Shown: positions 36,416 to 49,313 of the stretch, piece by piece | How positions within the stretch are numbered: the first letter of the stretch is position 1 | How the letters are laid out: the number at the start of each line of letters is the position of its first letter | From: Lingula anatina | Taxonomy: Eukaryota; Animalia; Brachiopoda | Assembly (NCBI GenBank): GCA_051362555.1 | Contig: CM120644.1 | Span: 25,380,534 to 25,444,533, forward strand | Reading direction: 5' to 3' | Length of the DNA stretch: 64,000 bases | Made by a program: the position numbers and the translations under genes | The notes under the pieces: generated by a model | Told to the model about the DNA's origin: nothing | Databases searched by the model: none | Seen by the model: the letters and a program-made list of their open reading frames with translations, nothing else

Positions 36416-39400
36416 TATGTACAGACACAGATGTATCTGTACATATTGCCATCACCTGCGTCTGTTGTCGCCGTCGCCGATGGCGATGGCGATGGTGATG
36501 CCGGCGCCGTGCACTTTCATTGTAAACACCATAAGTGGAGGGCAGTTTTACTTTTTGGTTTTTTATTTACAGAGCTGATGAATATTCATAAAACGCAGGT
36601 CAAGTTCGAAAATCAGCATGATCGGGCCATTATTGTAGAAGTTATGCTGTTTTTTCACTTTTCAGCATATTTTTCACATTTCCTCAGATTCAATTCTTAG
36701 GCATGTTAACAGTCTCATTATTAAACTAATAAGATACGTAAAAGTTTTTGTTTGACATTTCCTGCATCTTTACAACATTGTTAGTTGATTTCGTAAAAAT
36801 GATGGTAAACTTGTTATCGTGTATTGTGTAATAAAGTTTCAAAAATGGAAATAAACTCATATCATTGCAGTTTGTCAGATTCAATCATTCACTATGTTCA
36901 GAATCTCAGAATGGAAGAAATTGGACATTTAACACTGCTCTATTGATATTTTTCCCATCTTATCAATTTTCTTAGTTGATTATATAAAAATGGCAGTAAA
37001 CTGTTAATTTTGTTTTATGTTAAAAATGTTAAAAATGGAAAAAAAAACATTTCAGAACAGTGCTGTCTTGTTTACATTTTGGCATTTTCAAGTTGTGTCT
37101 TTGAAGTTCCATGGGCCTGAAGACCTTTGCTAGTCACATTTTCTGAATATCCATGATACTAATATTTTATTATTAAAAATTGATGGTAATTATGCTGTTA
37201 AACATTATGTAATATTGCATCAAAATTTGAAAAAAACATATTTTGGGCACTGCTCCCATGATGACCATTTAAGAAAAACCATGTCACTTACTGTTCTCAA
37301 ACAGTACAGTAAATATATATAGATGTGTCTGTACATATTGCCATCACCTGCGTCTGTCGTCCCCGTCATCGCCGTCACCGGTGCCGTGCACTTTCATTGT
37401 AAACACGATAAGTGGAAGGCAGTTTTACTTTTTGGTTTTATATTTACAGAGCTGATGAATATTCATAAAACGCAGGTCAAGTTCGAAAATCAGCATGATC
37501 GGGCCATTATTGTAGAAGTTATGCTGTTTTTTCACTTTTCAGCATATTTTTCACATTTCCTCAGATTCAATTCTTAGGCATGTTAACAGTCTCATTATTA
37601 AACTAATAAGATACGTAAAAGTTTTTGTTAGACATTTCCTGCATCTTTACAACATTGTTAGTTGATTTCGTAAAAATGATGGTAAACTTGTTATCGTGTA
37701 TTGTGTAATAAAGTTTCAAAAATGGAAATAAACTCATATCATTGCAGTTTGTCAGATTCAATCATTCACTGTGTTCAGAATCTCAGAATGGAAGAAATTG
37801 GACATTTAACACTGCTCTATTGATATTTTTCCCATCTCATCAATTTTCTTAGTTGATTATATAAAAATGGCAGTAAACTGTTAATTTTGTTTTATGTTAA
37901 AAATGTTAAAAATGGAAAAAAAACATTTCAGAACAGTGCTGTCTTGTTTACATTTTGGCATTTTCAAGTTGTGTCTTTGAAGTTCCATGGGCCTGAAGAC
38001 CTTTGCTAGTCACATTTTCTGAATATCCATGATACTAATATTTTATTATTAAAAATTGATGGTAATTATGCTGTTAAACATTATGTAATATTGCATCAAA
38101 ATTTGAAAAAAACATATTTTGGGCACTGCTCCCATGATGACCATTTAAGAAAAACCATGTCACTTACTGTTCTCAAACAGTACAGTAAATATATATAGAT
38201 GTGTCTGTACATATTGCCATCACCTGCGTCTGTCGTCCCCGTCATCGCCGTCACCGGTGCCGTGCACTTTCATTGTAAACACGATAAGTGGAAGGCAGTT
38301 TTACTTTTTGGTTTTATATTTACAGAGCTGCTGAATATTCATAAAACGCAGGTCAAGTTCGACAATCAGCATGATCGGGTCATTATTGTAGAAGTTATGC
38401 TTTATTTTTCACTTTTCAGCATATATGCAACTCTGTAAACACATTCCAAGGAAAACCGATAGGCCTGTTGTCATGAAACTCACAGGAGTAATCTATCTTA
38501 CTAAAACGCAGGTCAAGTTAGAAAATCGGCATGATCAGGCCACTATTTTAGTAGTTATGCTTTTTTTTTTTCACTTTTCAGCATATATGCAACACTGTAA
38601 ACACAATATAAGAAAAACAGATAGGCCAATTGTCATTAACTCACAGGAGTGGTCAATCTTTCTAAAACACAGGTTGAGTTAAAAGATCAGCATAATCGGG
38701 CCATTATTTTAGAAGTTATGTTGTTTTTTCACATTTTCTCAGATTCAATTCTTAGGCATGTTAACAGTTTCATTATTTAATTAATAAGATATTAAAAGTG
38801 TTTGTTTGACATTTCCTGCATCTTTACAACATTGTTAGTTGATTTTGTAAAAATGATGGTTAATTTGTTATCGTGTATTGTGTAATAAAGTTTCAAAAAT
38901 GGAAATAATTTCATATCATTGCAGTTTGTCAGATTCAATCATTCACTATGTTCAGAATCTCAGAATGGAAGAAATTGGACATTTAACACTGCTCTATTGA
39001 TATTTTTCCCATCTCATCAATTTTCTTAGTTGATCATGTAAAAATGGCAGTAAACTGTTAATTTTGTTTTATGTTAAAAAATGTTAAAAATGGAAAAAAA
39101 AAACACTTCAGAACAGTGCTGTCTTGTTTACATTTTGGCATTTTCAAGTTGTGACTTTGACGTTCCATGGGCCTGAAGACCTTTGCTAGTCACATTTTCT
39201 GAATATCCATGATACTAATATTTTATTATTAAAAATTGATGGTCATTATGCTGTTAAACATTATGTAATATTGCATCAAAATTTGAAAAAATCCTATTTT
39301 GGGCACTGCTCCCATGATGACCATTTAAGAAAAACCATGTCACTTACTGTTCTCAAACTTACAGGAAAGAAACATGGGATTAAAATATAGCTTCAGTAGG

Positions 39401-39970
39401 CAATGCAATCTGCCAGTTAAACAGTTTTTTTGTGAAATTTTAATTTTTCACATATTGACATTTTCAAGGTGTGACTTTGAAGTTCCACAGGCTTGAAGAC
39501 CCATGCTTGTCACATTTTCTGAAAATCCATGATACGTATATTTTATTATTAAAAATTGATTGTCATTATGCTGGTAACCATTATGTAATATTGCATCAGA
39601 ATAGAAGAAAACACAATTTTGGGTGCTGCTGCCATGATGACCATTATGGGAAAACCATGTTACTTATAATTGCCAAACTTTCAAAAAAGAAATACAGGAC
39701 TAAAATGCAGCCTGAGTTGGAAAAGCAGTCTAATTGACTTCTTTTTCTGGAACTTTTACATTTTCAAAGGGTGAACTTGAACTCCCATGGGCCTGAAGCT
39801 TTATGTTTGTTACACATTTTACTTACATTGGTATTACCTGTTGAGCATAATTAGAATTTGATGTTGAATTTGCAGTTTAACATAATGTACTTGTGCATCG
39901 GAATTGACAGTAGCCTATTTTGTTATTTCCTGCTTTTTATCTGTACATTTGACAGCTTTGCTGCCTTGTT
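36416..39970 (+). mobile_element. Helentron-associated non-autonomous element (HINE/DINE-like) with about 3 internal approx. 880-bp tandem units
   Basis: 5' hairpin tatgtacaga..tctgtacata, (gtcgcc)-type microsatellite, units restarting at about 36430, 37322 and 38198, 3' subterminal tctgtacat (39940-48) followed by stem-loop cagc-ttt-gctg. Inserted in a T-rich site without TSD; empty site visible at about 56330. A related fragment lies at about 35590-36050. Confidence 0.72.
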
Positions 39971-40187
39971 TTATTTTAGATTTTTTAAAATTATTTTTCA
40001 AACACTAGCATCTTCAAGATGTGACTTTTAACTCCCATCCACCAGAAGCTCTGTGCATTTTCTGTATTTCCACATGAACAATTGTATTGGTTTTTATGTC
40101 TTTAAACAATATGTAATATTATTTTATGCACTGTCATCTTTTTTTCACATACTGGGATTTTCATCATGTATTATATATAATATATTC

Positions 40188-40227
<40 letters not shown>

Positions 40228-40934
40228 CTCCTTGTCTTCCTAACTCTGTTACTCATTTGTCAATGAGCTTATTCGTTTATTGGTCTGTGATATGACCTCC
40301 TCAGGTTAGTACATGGACCAGTAGTAAATCAGGTCAATAACCAGGTCAGTAACTGGGTCACACATACCTGTTGTTGTGTTGTTATAAAAGGTGAAGAGTT
40401 TCTTATGCAGTTGGTCGGTTATAGAGCTGAGTCACCGCGCAGGCTGCGTGAATTGGAGTTTTTTTCTCCAGTGTTGTTATTTCTTCTCCACTACTGACAG
40501 TAAGTATTTGGCCTTGCTGACATCTTCAGGGGGATTTTATGTTATAATTAACCACGTTTCTTTTTCATTATAATATATTTTACTTACACTGTATAATGAG
40601 AACTTCAATTTGAAGTGGAATTGAGTGATGGTAATGTACAAGTAGAAGAACAGTTTCACCGTCTCTTGATTATTTTATTATTATTTTTATTATTTTTCCA
40701 AATTAGGAGATGAAGGATATATAATGTGCAGGATATTATTTGGCAGCCTGTAGTCCCCCCCCCCCCCCCCAAATACTGGGATGTATGTACAACGTACAGT
40801 ACTGGGTCTCTGCTAACTGGATCTGGGTCATATAAGGTCATGTACCATGTTTCATGGATTTCCTGAGAAAAATCATTGTGAAACTTGCCGTAACATACAA
40901 CATTGGTCAAAAAGGTTGTCCCACCCCCATTTAC

Positions 40935-42513
40935 ATGTACTTTTATTTACAAATGATCACCTCACAGCTGTAAATTGTTAGAAATAGTGCTTTTTATTAC
41001 AGATACCGTGTCTAACATGATTAATAGTTTAAAAAAATACAAAATAGGCGTGAAAATATACATATTTTATACCGTTTAGTAAAATTTATAAGAGGTACCC
41101 CCTCAAATGCTTCTACAGATGTAAAGACATGTCTATTAAATTGAAAAGACGCCATAAAATGTCACCAAATTCACACACAATTAGCATTAGGGTGTGCTTG
41201 TTAAAAGTCACGTGCCTAACAGCGTGTGCGTCTACCGCGTCCTGCAATTATCTCCTGTAGACGGCGCGACAAGCCTTCAACAAGGGTAACAATTCTGTTT
41301 TGTGGGATATTGTCCCTTCTTCTTAAACAAGTTGGGGGGGGGGGGGGGTTGGTCCACGTTTTATGGGGTTGGTTCTCCTTTGCACTGCACACTCCAATTA
41401 ATGTCACAGTTGATTAGTAAGTTTAATATCAGGGCTCAAAGATGGTGGTTCCACCCGTAGAGCATTGTGTTTCTTCAACAAACACTTGCCAGCAGGGGAG
41501 AGGTGTGACCAAGTGTGCAGTCATGATGAAGCCTGGAGTTAACCCCAAAGTCAGTTCTTAAAGATGGAATGAGATATCAGCTGAAAATGCTAGGTTCAGT
41601 GATCCCACAGGCACCTGAAACCTGGCCATCCATCACTGGAAGGAAGTCGGTTTTGATGCAGAATCAAATTATTTCTTGTATCCCATCGATGGTCAAATGA
41701 GGGTCCATAGACATGTTAAAATGCCTCATGGAAGGGTGTGTGTAGGATAATTTCGCCTGAGGTGTTAAATCAGTCCGCCTTTGGAGAACATTCCAAGCCC
41801 ATGGTATTAGTACATTGTTCCTTTTGGAACAAAACGTAACAGGGGCATTTTAATGTAAAACTCTCAACAAAAATCTCACTCCATTTGCGACAGGTGACTT
41901 CAGGGATGCTACTGGCTTCATTGCGACAACGCACTTGCTCAAAGCTCTCGTCTGGCAAGCGATTTGTTGCAGAAACACAGGGCTCTGAGGATGGGACAGC
42001 CGTCTTTGGGCCTGATATTAATCCTACTGAGCACCTGTGGCATTAATTAGAATGTGCATTGCAGAGAAGAACCAATTCCCAAATAATCTTGACCAATTCC
42101 GCCACGCTCTTTAGGATGGATGGGACAATATCCCACAAAACAGAATTGTTACCCGTGTTGAAGGCTTGTCGCGCCGTCTACAGGAGATAATTGCAAGACG
42201 CGGTAGACGCACACGCTGTTAGGCACGTTAACGAGCACACCCTAATGCTAATTGTGTGTGAATTTGGTGAAATTTGATGGCGTCTTTTCAACTTAATAGA
42301 GATTTCTTTACATCCGTAGAAGTGACAGTGAAACAGTGGATTTGAGGGGGTAGCTCTTATAAATTTTACTAAATGGTATAAAATATGTATATTTTCACCA
42401 CTATTTTGTATTTCTTTAAACTATTAATCATGTTAGACACGGTATCTGTAATAAAAAGCACTATTTCTAACAATTTACAGCTGTGAGGTGATCATTTGTA
42501 AATAAAAGTACAT
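40935..42513 (+). mobile_element. Degenerate Tc1-like transposon relic with approx. 385-bp inverted arms (foldback)
   Basis: 40935-41317 is the reverse complement of 42121-42513. Broken plus-strand peptides HWKEVGFDAESNYFLYPIDGQMRVHR, PDINPTEHLW and WDNIPQNRIVTRVEGLSRRLQEIIARRGRRTRC resemble the Tc1 FSDESRF, SPDLNPIEHLW and C-terminal motifs. Confidence 0.8.
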
Positions 42514-42751
42514 ATATTAAAAGTAAAAGTGCTCTTACTGTACGAGTATATATATATATTATATATAATAAAAAGAAAAAAAAAACAGCAGCTATTTTGC
42601 CCCGACCGGTTTCATTCTTTCTTCAAGGGTTTTGTTTATTTGTTACTAGGTGATGTCATAAAGGCTAAAATGTGACGTCTGTAACAATGGGTGTTTAATT
42701 GTTGTTTTTACCAATACTATTATTTATTCAATGTAGGTTTATACTTATTAA

Positions 42752-43088
42752 AGGGATAATAACTCTTCGTATGAGATCTATATTTCACAATAAAAACATT
42801 GTGAATAACTCATAGAAATATAATATATTCTGTTTTACCACAAAAATGGCAATTATAGCTATTATTCCTATATCTGAGCTTGTCTTTAGACCACGTGACC
42901 TCCATTGATGGCTATACTCTGTTAAAATCTCTTAAGAGATTTTAACAAAAAACCAAACTTTAAAGAAAAAAACCAGGGACAAACTTTGAATGTAAAAATG
43001 GCTTCATTAATCATTGGTAAGTATGGGAAAATTGTTGTTTACTCCAGGAAAATTCATTTTTTGGCCGAAACGAAGAGTTATTATCCCT
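42752..43088. mobile_element. Kolobok/T2-like MITE
   Basis: TIR agggataataactcttcgt / acgaagagttattatccct, with perfect TTAA TSD at 42748-51 and 43089-92. Confidence 0.85.
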
Positions 43089-43114
43089 TTAATGAATAGA
43101 TTTTCTTTAATTTA

Positions 43115-43810
43115 ATGCCACACCATACCATGCCACACCAAACCATGCCATGCCACACCAAACCATGCCAAACCACACCATAACACACCGTGCCATGCCA
43201 CACCATGCCACACCACACCACACCATGCCACACCACACCATGCCATGACATACCACACCATGCCATGCCATGACACACCATACCATACCATGCCACACCA
43301 TGCCATGCCACACCACACCATGCCATGCCACACCACACCATACCACATCTTGCCACACCACACCATACCACACCATACCATGCCATGACACACCACACCA
43401 TGACACACCACACCATACCACATCTTGCTACACCATACCATGCCACACCATGCCATGACACACCATGCCATGACATACCATGCCACACCACACCACACCA
43501 TGCCATGCCACACCACACAATGCCACACAATGCCACACCATGCCACACCACACCACGCCATGCCACACCATACCATGCCACACCACACCATACCATGCCA
43601 TGCCACACCACACCATGCCACACCATGCCATGGCATGCCATTCCACACCATACCATACCATGCCACACCATGCCATGCCACACCATACCATTCTATACCA
43701 CACCATACCATGCCATACCATGCTTTGCCACACTACACTATACGGTGCCATGCCACACCATGCCATACCATGCCACTCCATGCCATACCATGCTACACCA
43801 CACCATGTTC
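43115..43810. repeat. (CCAYR)n pentameric simple repeat
   Basis: Mixed ccatg/ccaca/ccata units. Confidence 0.95.
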
Positions 43811-44057
43811 CATCACCCACGTCATATCCCTTTTAAAATTATTTCTGAGACATTTTGTCAGGACATGAGTGCTGTAGGATGCCTTATGAGTAATGTCAAT
43901 ATCTGAACAGAAGCAGTAAATATCCATATAAAACATGGTTGCTTAATTAGTGATTTGACCAGTTGACTTTATGGTCCTGATCAAATATAAAAGCTATAAT
44001 GTTATTTCCCTTACAGCTATCAGTATAGTCAAGTTGTGAAGTGTCTATAGTCCCAGT

Positions 44058-47000
44058 ATGAGTAAGAAGACAATCATTATCACAGGAGCCAATACAGGCA
44101 TTGGGTTTGCAGCAGCCAGAATCCTGTGTAGATCAGGAGACAAGTATACAGTGATCTTAGCCTGTAGATCTGAGGAGAGAGGACAGGAAGCTGTGAAGAC
44201 CATCAAAGAGGAAAGCCCCAATGCAGATGTGGTCTACATGAATGTGAGTACTTCAGTTTACAAAGTCTAACCCTTACAAAATGTCCTACAGGGTCCCATA
44301 AGACCCTATACGGAATTGGGCCAATTTTCTTTAGAATTCTGTAGGATCTTGGAGGATCCTTAAGGACTTTTTTGATGGAGCAGTTGATAAAGTCTCACTT
44401 TATGTATTTATAGTATCTTTAATTCATGTCATTGCCTGTGTCAGATATATTACATATGAAAACAAAAATGAGTTACCAGATTTTAACGGAACATTTGAAA
44501 TATCATGAGTTAGCACTTGTGAAGCTAATTGATGATTATTAAAGTAATATTTACTGCACTTCAAGAAGGCAGGATATATCACCATTTAATAAAGACATTT
44601 ATCCACAGTTTTTACCAATTGAAGCTTCCTCTGAAAGTGTTATTTTATTTCCAGTTGGACCTGTCAAGTATGGCATCTGTTCACAAATTTGTGGAGAATT
44701 TCCACGCCAGCGGACGCAAGCTTCATGTGCTATGTAACAACGCAGGGATGTTTGTGGGCAACACTTGCAACACACCACAGATTACCGAGGATGGCTTTGA
44801 AGTTACTATGGCAACAAATCATCTGGGTAAGTTACCATGGGAACAAATCTGGGTGAGTTACTATGGTATCAGATTATTTAGTAAGTTGCCATTGGAACTA
44901 ATTAGGGTAAATTTCAAAGAAATCATACTGGGTAAGTTACAATTGTATGATGGAAACAGATAATTTGGGTGAATTAAATTTTTTTTCTGTTTATAAGTGA
45001 TTTTCAGATTTTCATGAAAATTTCACGGTGTTCTCATTAATGATTTTACAGTATGCATATTCACGTTTGTTTCTTCAGTCACAATGTTCACCTAGCATTT
45101 ACATTTATGTCTCCTTGATCGAAAAAAGTTCAATACGATGTCGGAAAAAAGCATTAAAGTGACCAGCACAAGTATGATGGTCGAAATTTGGCCGATGCCG
45201 GCCGCTTTTATTGTGAATCCTTCTAATAAAATGAAATGAAGTAATTTTAGAAGCTTAAATTGAATAATTGTGGCAGTGCAAAATTACGTAATTTCTACGC
45301 CTGAAAAGACTTTATTTTATATATAATTGCCAAACAACATACAGATTGATTGATATATGTGTGAACTAGTGACATACATGTTACTGATGTAAGAGAAGCA
45401 AGCTGTACAAGGATAAGTTAATTGTAATTAATGGAATCACTTTCTGTTTATTAGAAATGAATTCTTTTAGTGGTTTATGTGAAATGTGAATGAAGACAAA
45501 AGTGTTATCTGACAGCTTTAATTCCCAGGTCACTTCCTCCTGACCAGTCTGCTGCTGGATGACTTGAAAAGTACAGCTCTTATTGAAGGGGAAGCTAGAA
45601 TCGTCGTCACTGCATCATATTCACACGACATTGTAAAGGCGAAGTTTAGTAAGTGAACTTTATCAAAGTTATGTAATTGTAACTGTATGGATTTCCCATG
45701 CTTAATACAAAACAAATAAATGAATTAATACTATAACTAGACTGCAACTGGCTGAAGCCAGTGGCGGAGGATTCCCCTGCAAATGACCTTTGAACTTGAA
45801 GGCAATGGGCACTAACAAGGTCATGTGAAGGTCACAGCTTAAATTTGACCCCATATTCTGAAAGAGCATATGCGAATGGGGGGGGGGGGGGTCAACAAAA
45901 CATCACTTTTAGCCCACGTCAATATTCTCCATGAAATAGCTGAATGTCCTTGAAAATGATGGTCAAGGTCAAATTTGACTTTTGATTTGGCGGTCTTGAG
46001 TATATGTTTGGGGTAGTTTACTATAGCATGCTATGACCTAAAACCAGTATTTTATGGAGTAATTGCCAAAGTCACGATTTCTGCAATGACATAAATATTT
46101 AAAAATCTATATTTAAAAAGGGTATTAGGCAGACGCTACAAAAGTTTGGCTAACCTTAGATAAATATATAGGGCATCATTTGCTACTAAGATCAGGGTCC
46201 TGGGCCATCAGTTTTTTGAGATCTCGGAAACAAACCTGTTTTGACCCGGCTTGGCCATTAGCGACCTTGATTTTGATCTACTTGCATAAAAGTAGGTCAA
46301 TATCTGGGGATTTAGCTCAGTATTATTGGCCATAAGGCCCTTAGCCATATGGCTTATACTTTAGGCCTAATGGCAATTTCAAATTAAAAAATTTTGCCTT
46401 TAAAAGCCCCTGTGACCTTGAAAAGTACGTCAAGGTCACTGAAACTGGGTTAATGGCATATTCTTACCATAGGCTACCTAGAATTATTTTATATTTTTTG
46501 CGAAAAAAAATGCGTGGAAAGAATCATAATAATAATACCAAAAACAATAGTATTCCCCTAATTACTATCTCCTTTTATTCTGTGGGGCGTCTAGGGCACC
46601 AACAAAGGTCTTCCACTGCTCTCTGTCATGAGCTAGGTGTTGAATGGTTCCTCAGCTTTCTCCAAGTTGTTTCAACTCTACTTCGACAGTCCTTCTTCAT
46701 GTGGTCTTAGGTCTTAGGTCTGCTTCTTAATAAATGAATTAGGATTTTAACTAAATGTCTGATCCTCTCCACGTGAATGGCTATACTGATAAATTTATCA
46801 TCTATATTTCAGTGGGCACTAAACCAACCAACTGGGATGATATGAACTACACTACATCCGATCCCTTCAATCCTACACAGGCATATAAGGACTCCAAGCT
46901 GGCCAATGTGATGTTCACCAGAGAACTGGCCAAGAGACTGGAAGGCACCAATGTCACTGTCAACTGCTTCTGTCCAGGTAATATATATATATATACACAT

Positions 47001-47064
47001 GTCAACTGCTTCTGTCCAGGTAATATATATATATATACACATGTCAACTGCTTCTGTCCAGGTA

Positions 47065-47128
<64 letters not shown>

Positions 47129-47189
47129 GTATATATATATATATATGTCAACTTCTTCTGTCCAGGTAATATATATATATATATATATA

Positions 47190-47239
<50 letters not shown>

Positions 47240-49313
47240 TGTCAACTGCTTCTGTCCAGGTAATATACACATGTCTGAAAAAATCAGGACAGGTCAGAGG
47301 TCATAATGAGGAAAGGACAAAGGTCGTAGTGAGGACAGGTCAAAGGTTGTAATGACGGAAGGTCACAGGTCATAAAAAAGACAGGTCAAAGGTCATATAA
47401 TTATGTTAGGTCAGAGGTCACAATGATGACAGGTCAATGGTCAAAATGAGGACGGGTTATAAGTCGTTAGTAGGACAGGTCAAGGGTCAAAATGAGGACA
47501 GGTCAAAGGTCGTAATGAGGACGGGTTAGAAGTAGTTAGTAGGACAGGTCAAAGGTCAAAATGAGGACAGGTCAAAGGTCGTAATGAGGACGGGTTAGAG
47601 GTCGTTAGTAGGGCAGGTCAAAGGTCAAAATGAGTACAGGTCAAAGGTCATAATAGTCTTGATCTTAAACTAAATTGTACAGAATCTGCCACTTTTCAGT
47701 TACATGCAGTGGTTGGAGAAGTGATGTAATTCATTCCATGGTTTTTTTCATCAAATAAGGTACTTTGGTACCCAAACCTCTGAAAGTGTCACAATGCATG
47801 ACTTAATGGGGATGTATTCTTTCTTCTAGGAATGATTCGTACCCAAATTGGTCGAAATATTGTCGGCTGTATCAAGTGCTTGTACAACTTTGCTTTCTGC
47901 TGCTGTGGTTGTCTTGGACACAGTCTGCACCAGGGTGGAAACGCCATTGTACAACTGGCTGTCAGCGATGTTGTTAAAGGTAAAGTAAATATATTATTGG
48001 TATTCCTGGTACAACTGACTGTCAGTGATGTTGTTAAAGGTAAAGTAAATATATTATTGGTATTCCTGGTACAACTGACTGTCATTGATGTTGTAAAAGG
48101 TAGAGTAAATATATTATTGGTATTCCTGACTGTCAGTGATGTTGTAAAAGGTAAAGTAAATATATTATTGGTATTTCTGGTACAACTGGCTGTCAGTGAT
48201 GTTGTAAAAGGTAAAGTAAATATATTATTGGTATTCCTGGTACAACTGACTGTCAGTGATGTCGTAAAGGGTAAAGTAAATATATTATTGGTATTCCTGG
48301 TACAACTGACTGTCAGTGATGTCGTAAAGGGTAAAGTAAATATATTATTGGTATTCCTGGTACAACTGACTGTCAGTGATGTCGTAAAAGGTAAAGGAAA
48401 TATACTATTGGTATTCCTGGTACAACTGACTGTTAGTGATGTTGTAAAAGGTAAAGTAAATATATTATTGGTATTTCTGGTACAACTGGCGGTAATCAGT
48501 GATGTTGTAAAGGGTAAAGTAAATATATTATTGGTATTCCTGGTACAACTGACTGTCAGTGATGTCGTAAAAGGTAAAGAAAATATATTATTGGTATTCC
48601 TGGTACAACTGACTGTTAGTGATGTCGTAAAAGGTAAAGTAAATATCTTATTTGTATTCCTGGTACAACTGACTGTCAGTGATGTCGTAAAAGGTAAAGT
48701 AAATATCTTATTTGTATTCCTGGTACAACTGACTGTCAGTGATGTCGTAAAAGGTAAAGTAAATATATTATTGGTATTCCTGGTACAACTGACTGTCAGT
48801 GATGTTGTAAAAGGTAAAGTAAATATCTTATTTGTATTCCTGGTACAACTGACTGTCAGTGATGTCGTAAAAGGTAAAGTAAATATCTTATTTGTATTCC
48901 TGGTACAACTGACTGTCAGTGATGTTGTAAAAGGTAAAGTAAATATATTATTGGTATTCCTGGTACAACTGACTGTCAGTGATGTCATAAAAGGTAAAGT
49001 AAATATAATATTGGTATTCCAACTACAACTTACTGTCAGTGATGTTGTAAAAGGTAAAGATATATATTATTGGTATTCCTGGTACAACTGGCGGTAATCA
49101 GTTTCATTTGAGCATCAGTTGCAGTTAGTGTTGTCCAGCAGTGATATCAGCTTGTGATATTAAGACAACTTTATTTCAGGAGTAACTGGGCGTTACTTTA
49201 TCAACCAGGAAGAAGTCACTCCTGCTGCCGAGGCCTTGGATGATGAAGCCTGTAAAAAGCTGTGGACCCTCAGTGAACAGATGGTGGGAGGGAAGAAGGA
49301 AGAAAAAGAATAG
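44058..49313 (+). CDS. Short-chain dehydrogenase/reductase, retinol dehydrogenase 12/14-like, copy 2 (308 aa)
   Basis: Exons 44058-44243, 44655-44826, 45529-45648, 46813-46977, 47830-47979, 49180-49313; exon lengths identical to copy 1; [12 protein letters not shown] and YKDSK intact. Confidence 0.95.
45728..46728 (-). mobile_element. 5'-truncated RTE-type LINE fragment (about 46560-46728) with a HINE-like element (about 45735-46558) nested in its tail
   Basis: The whole block is flanked by a 13-bp direct repeat aataaatgaatta (45715-27, 46729-41) and is absent from SDR1 intron 3. The minus-strand peptide [34 protein letters not shown] resembles RTE ORF C-termini. Confidence 0.7.
47286..47652. 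repeat. Degenerate aggacaggtcaaaggtc repeat tract in SDR2 intron 4
   Basis: About 15 diverged approx. 23-bp units; only a short version (about 30072-30160) exists in SDR1. Confidence 0.8.
47949..49096 (+). repeat. 60-bp minisatellite, 19 copies, spanning the SDR2 exon 5 donor
   Basis: Donor GT at 47980, 48040, 48100, 48151 ... 48451, 48514 ... 49054; one unit is 9 nt shorter and one is 3 nt longer. Confidence 0.97.

Noticed and set aside
36383-38682. Repeated 80-105 aa ORFs (LYILPSPASVV...)
   Set aside because: They lie within the tandem units of a non-autonomous Helentron-like element and show no recognisable domain.
43081-43906. Multiple His/Pro- or Trp/Gly-rich ORFs in all frames
   Set aside because: Artefact of a stop-free pentamer repeat.
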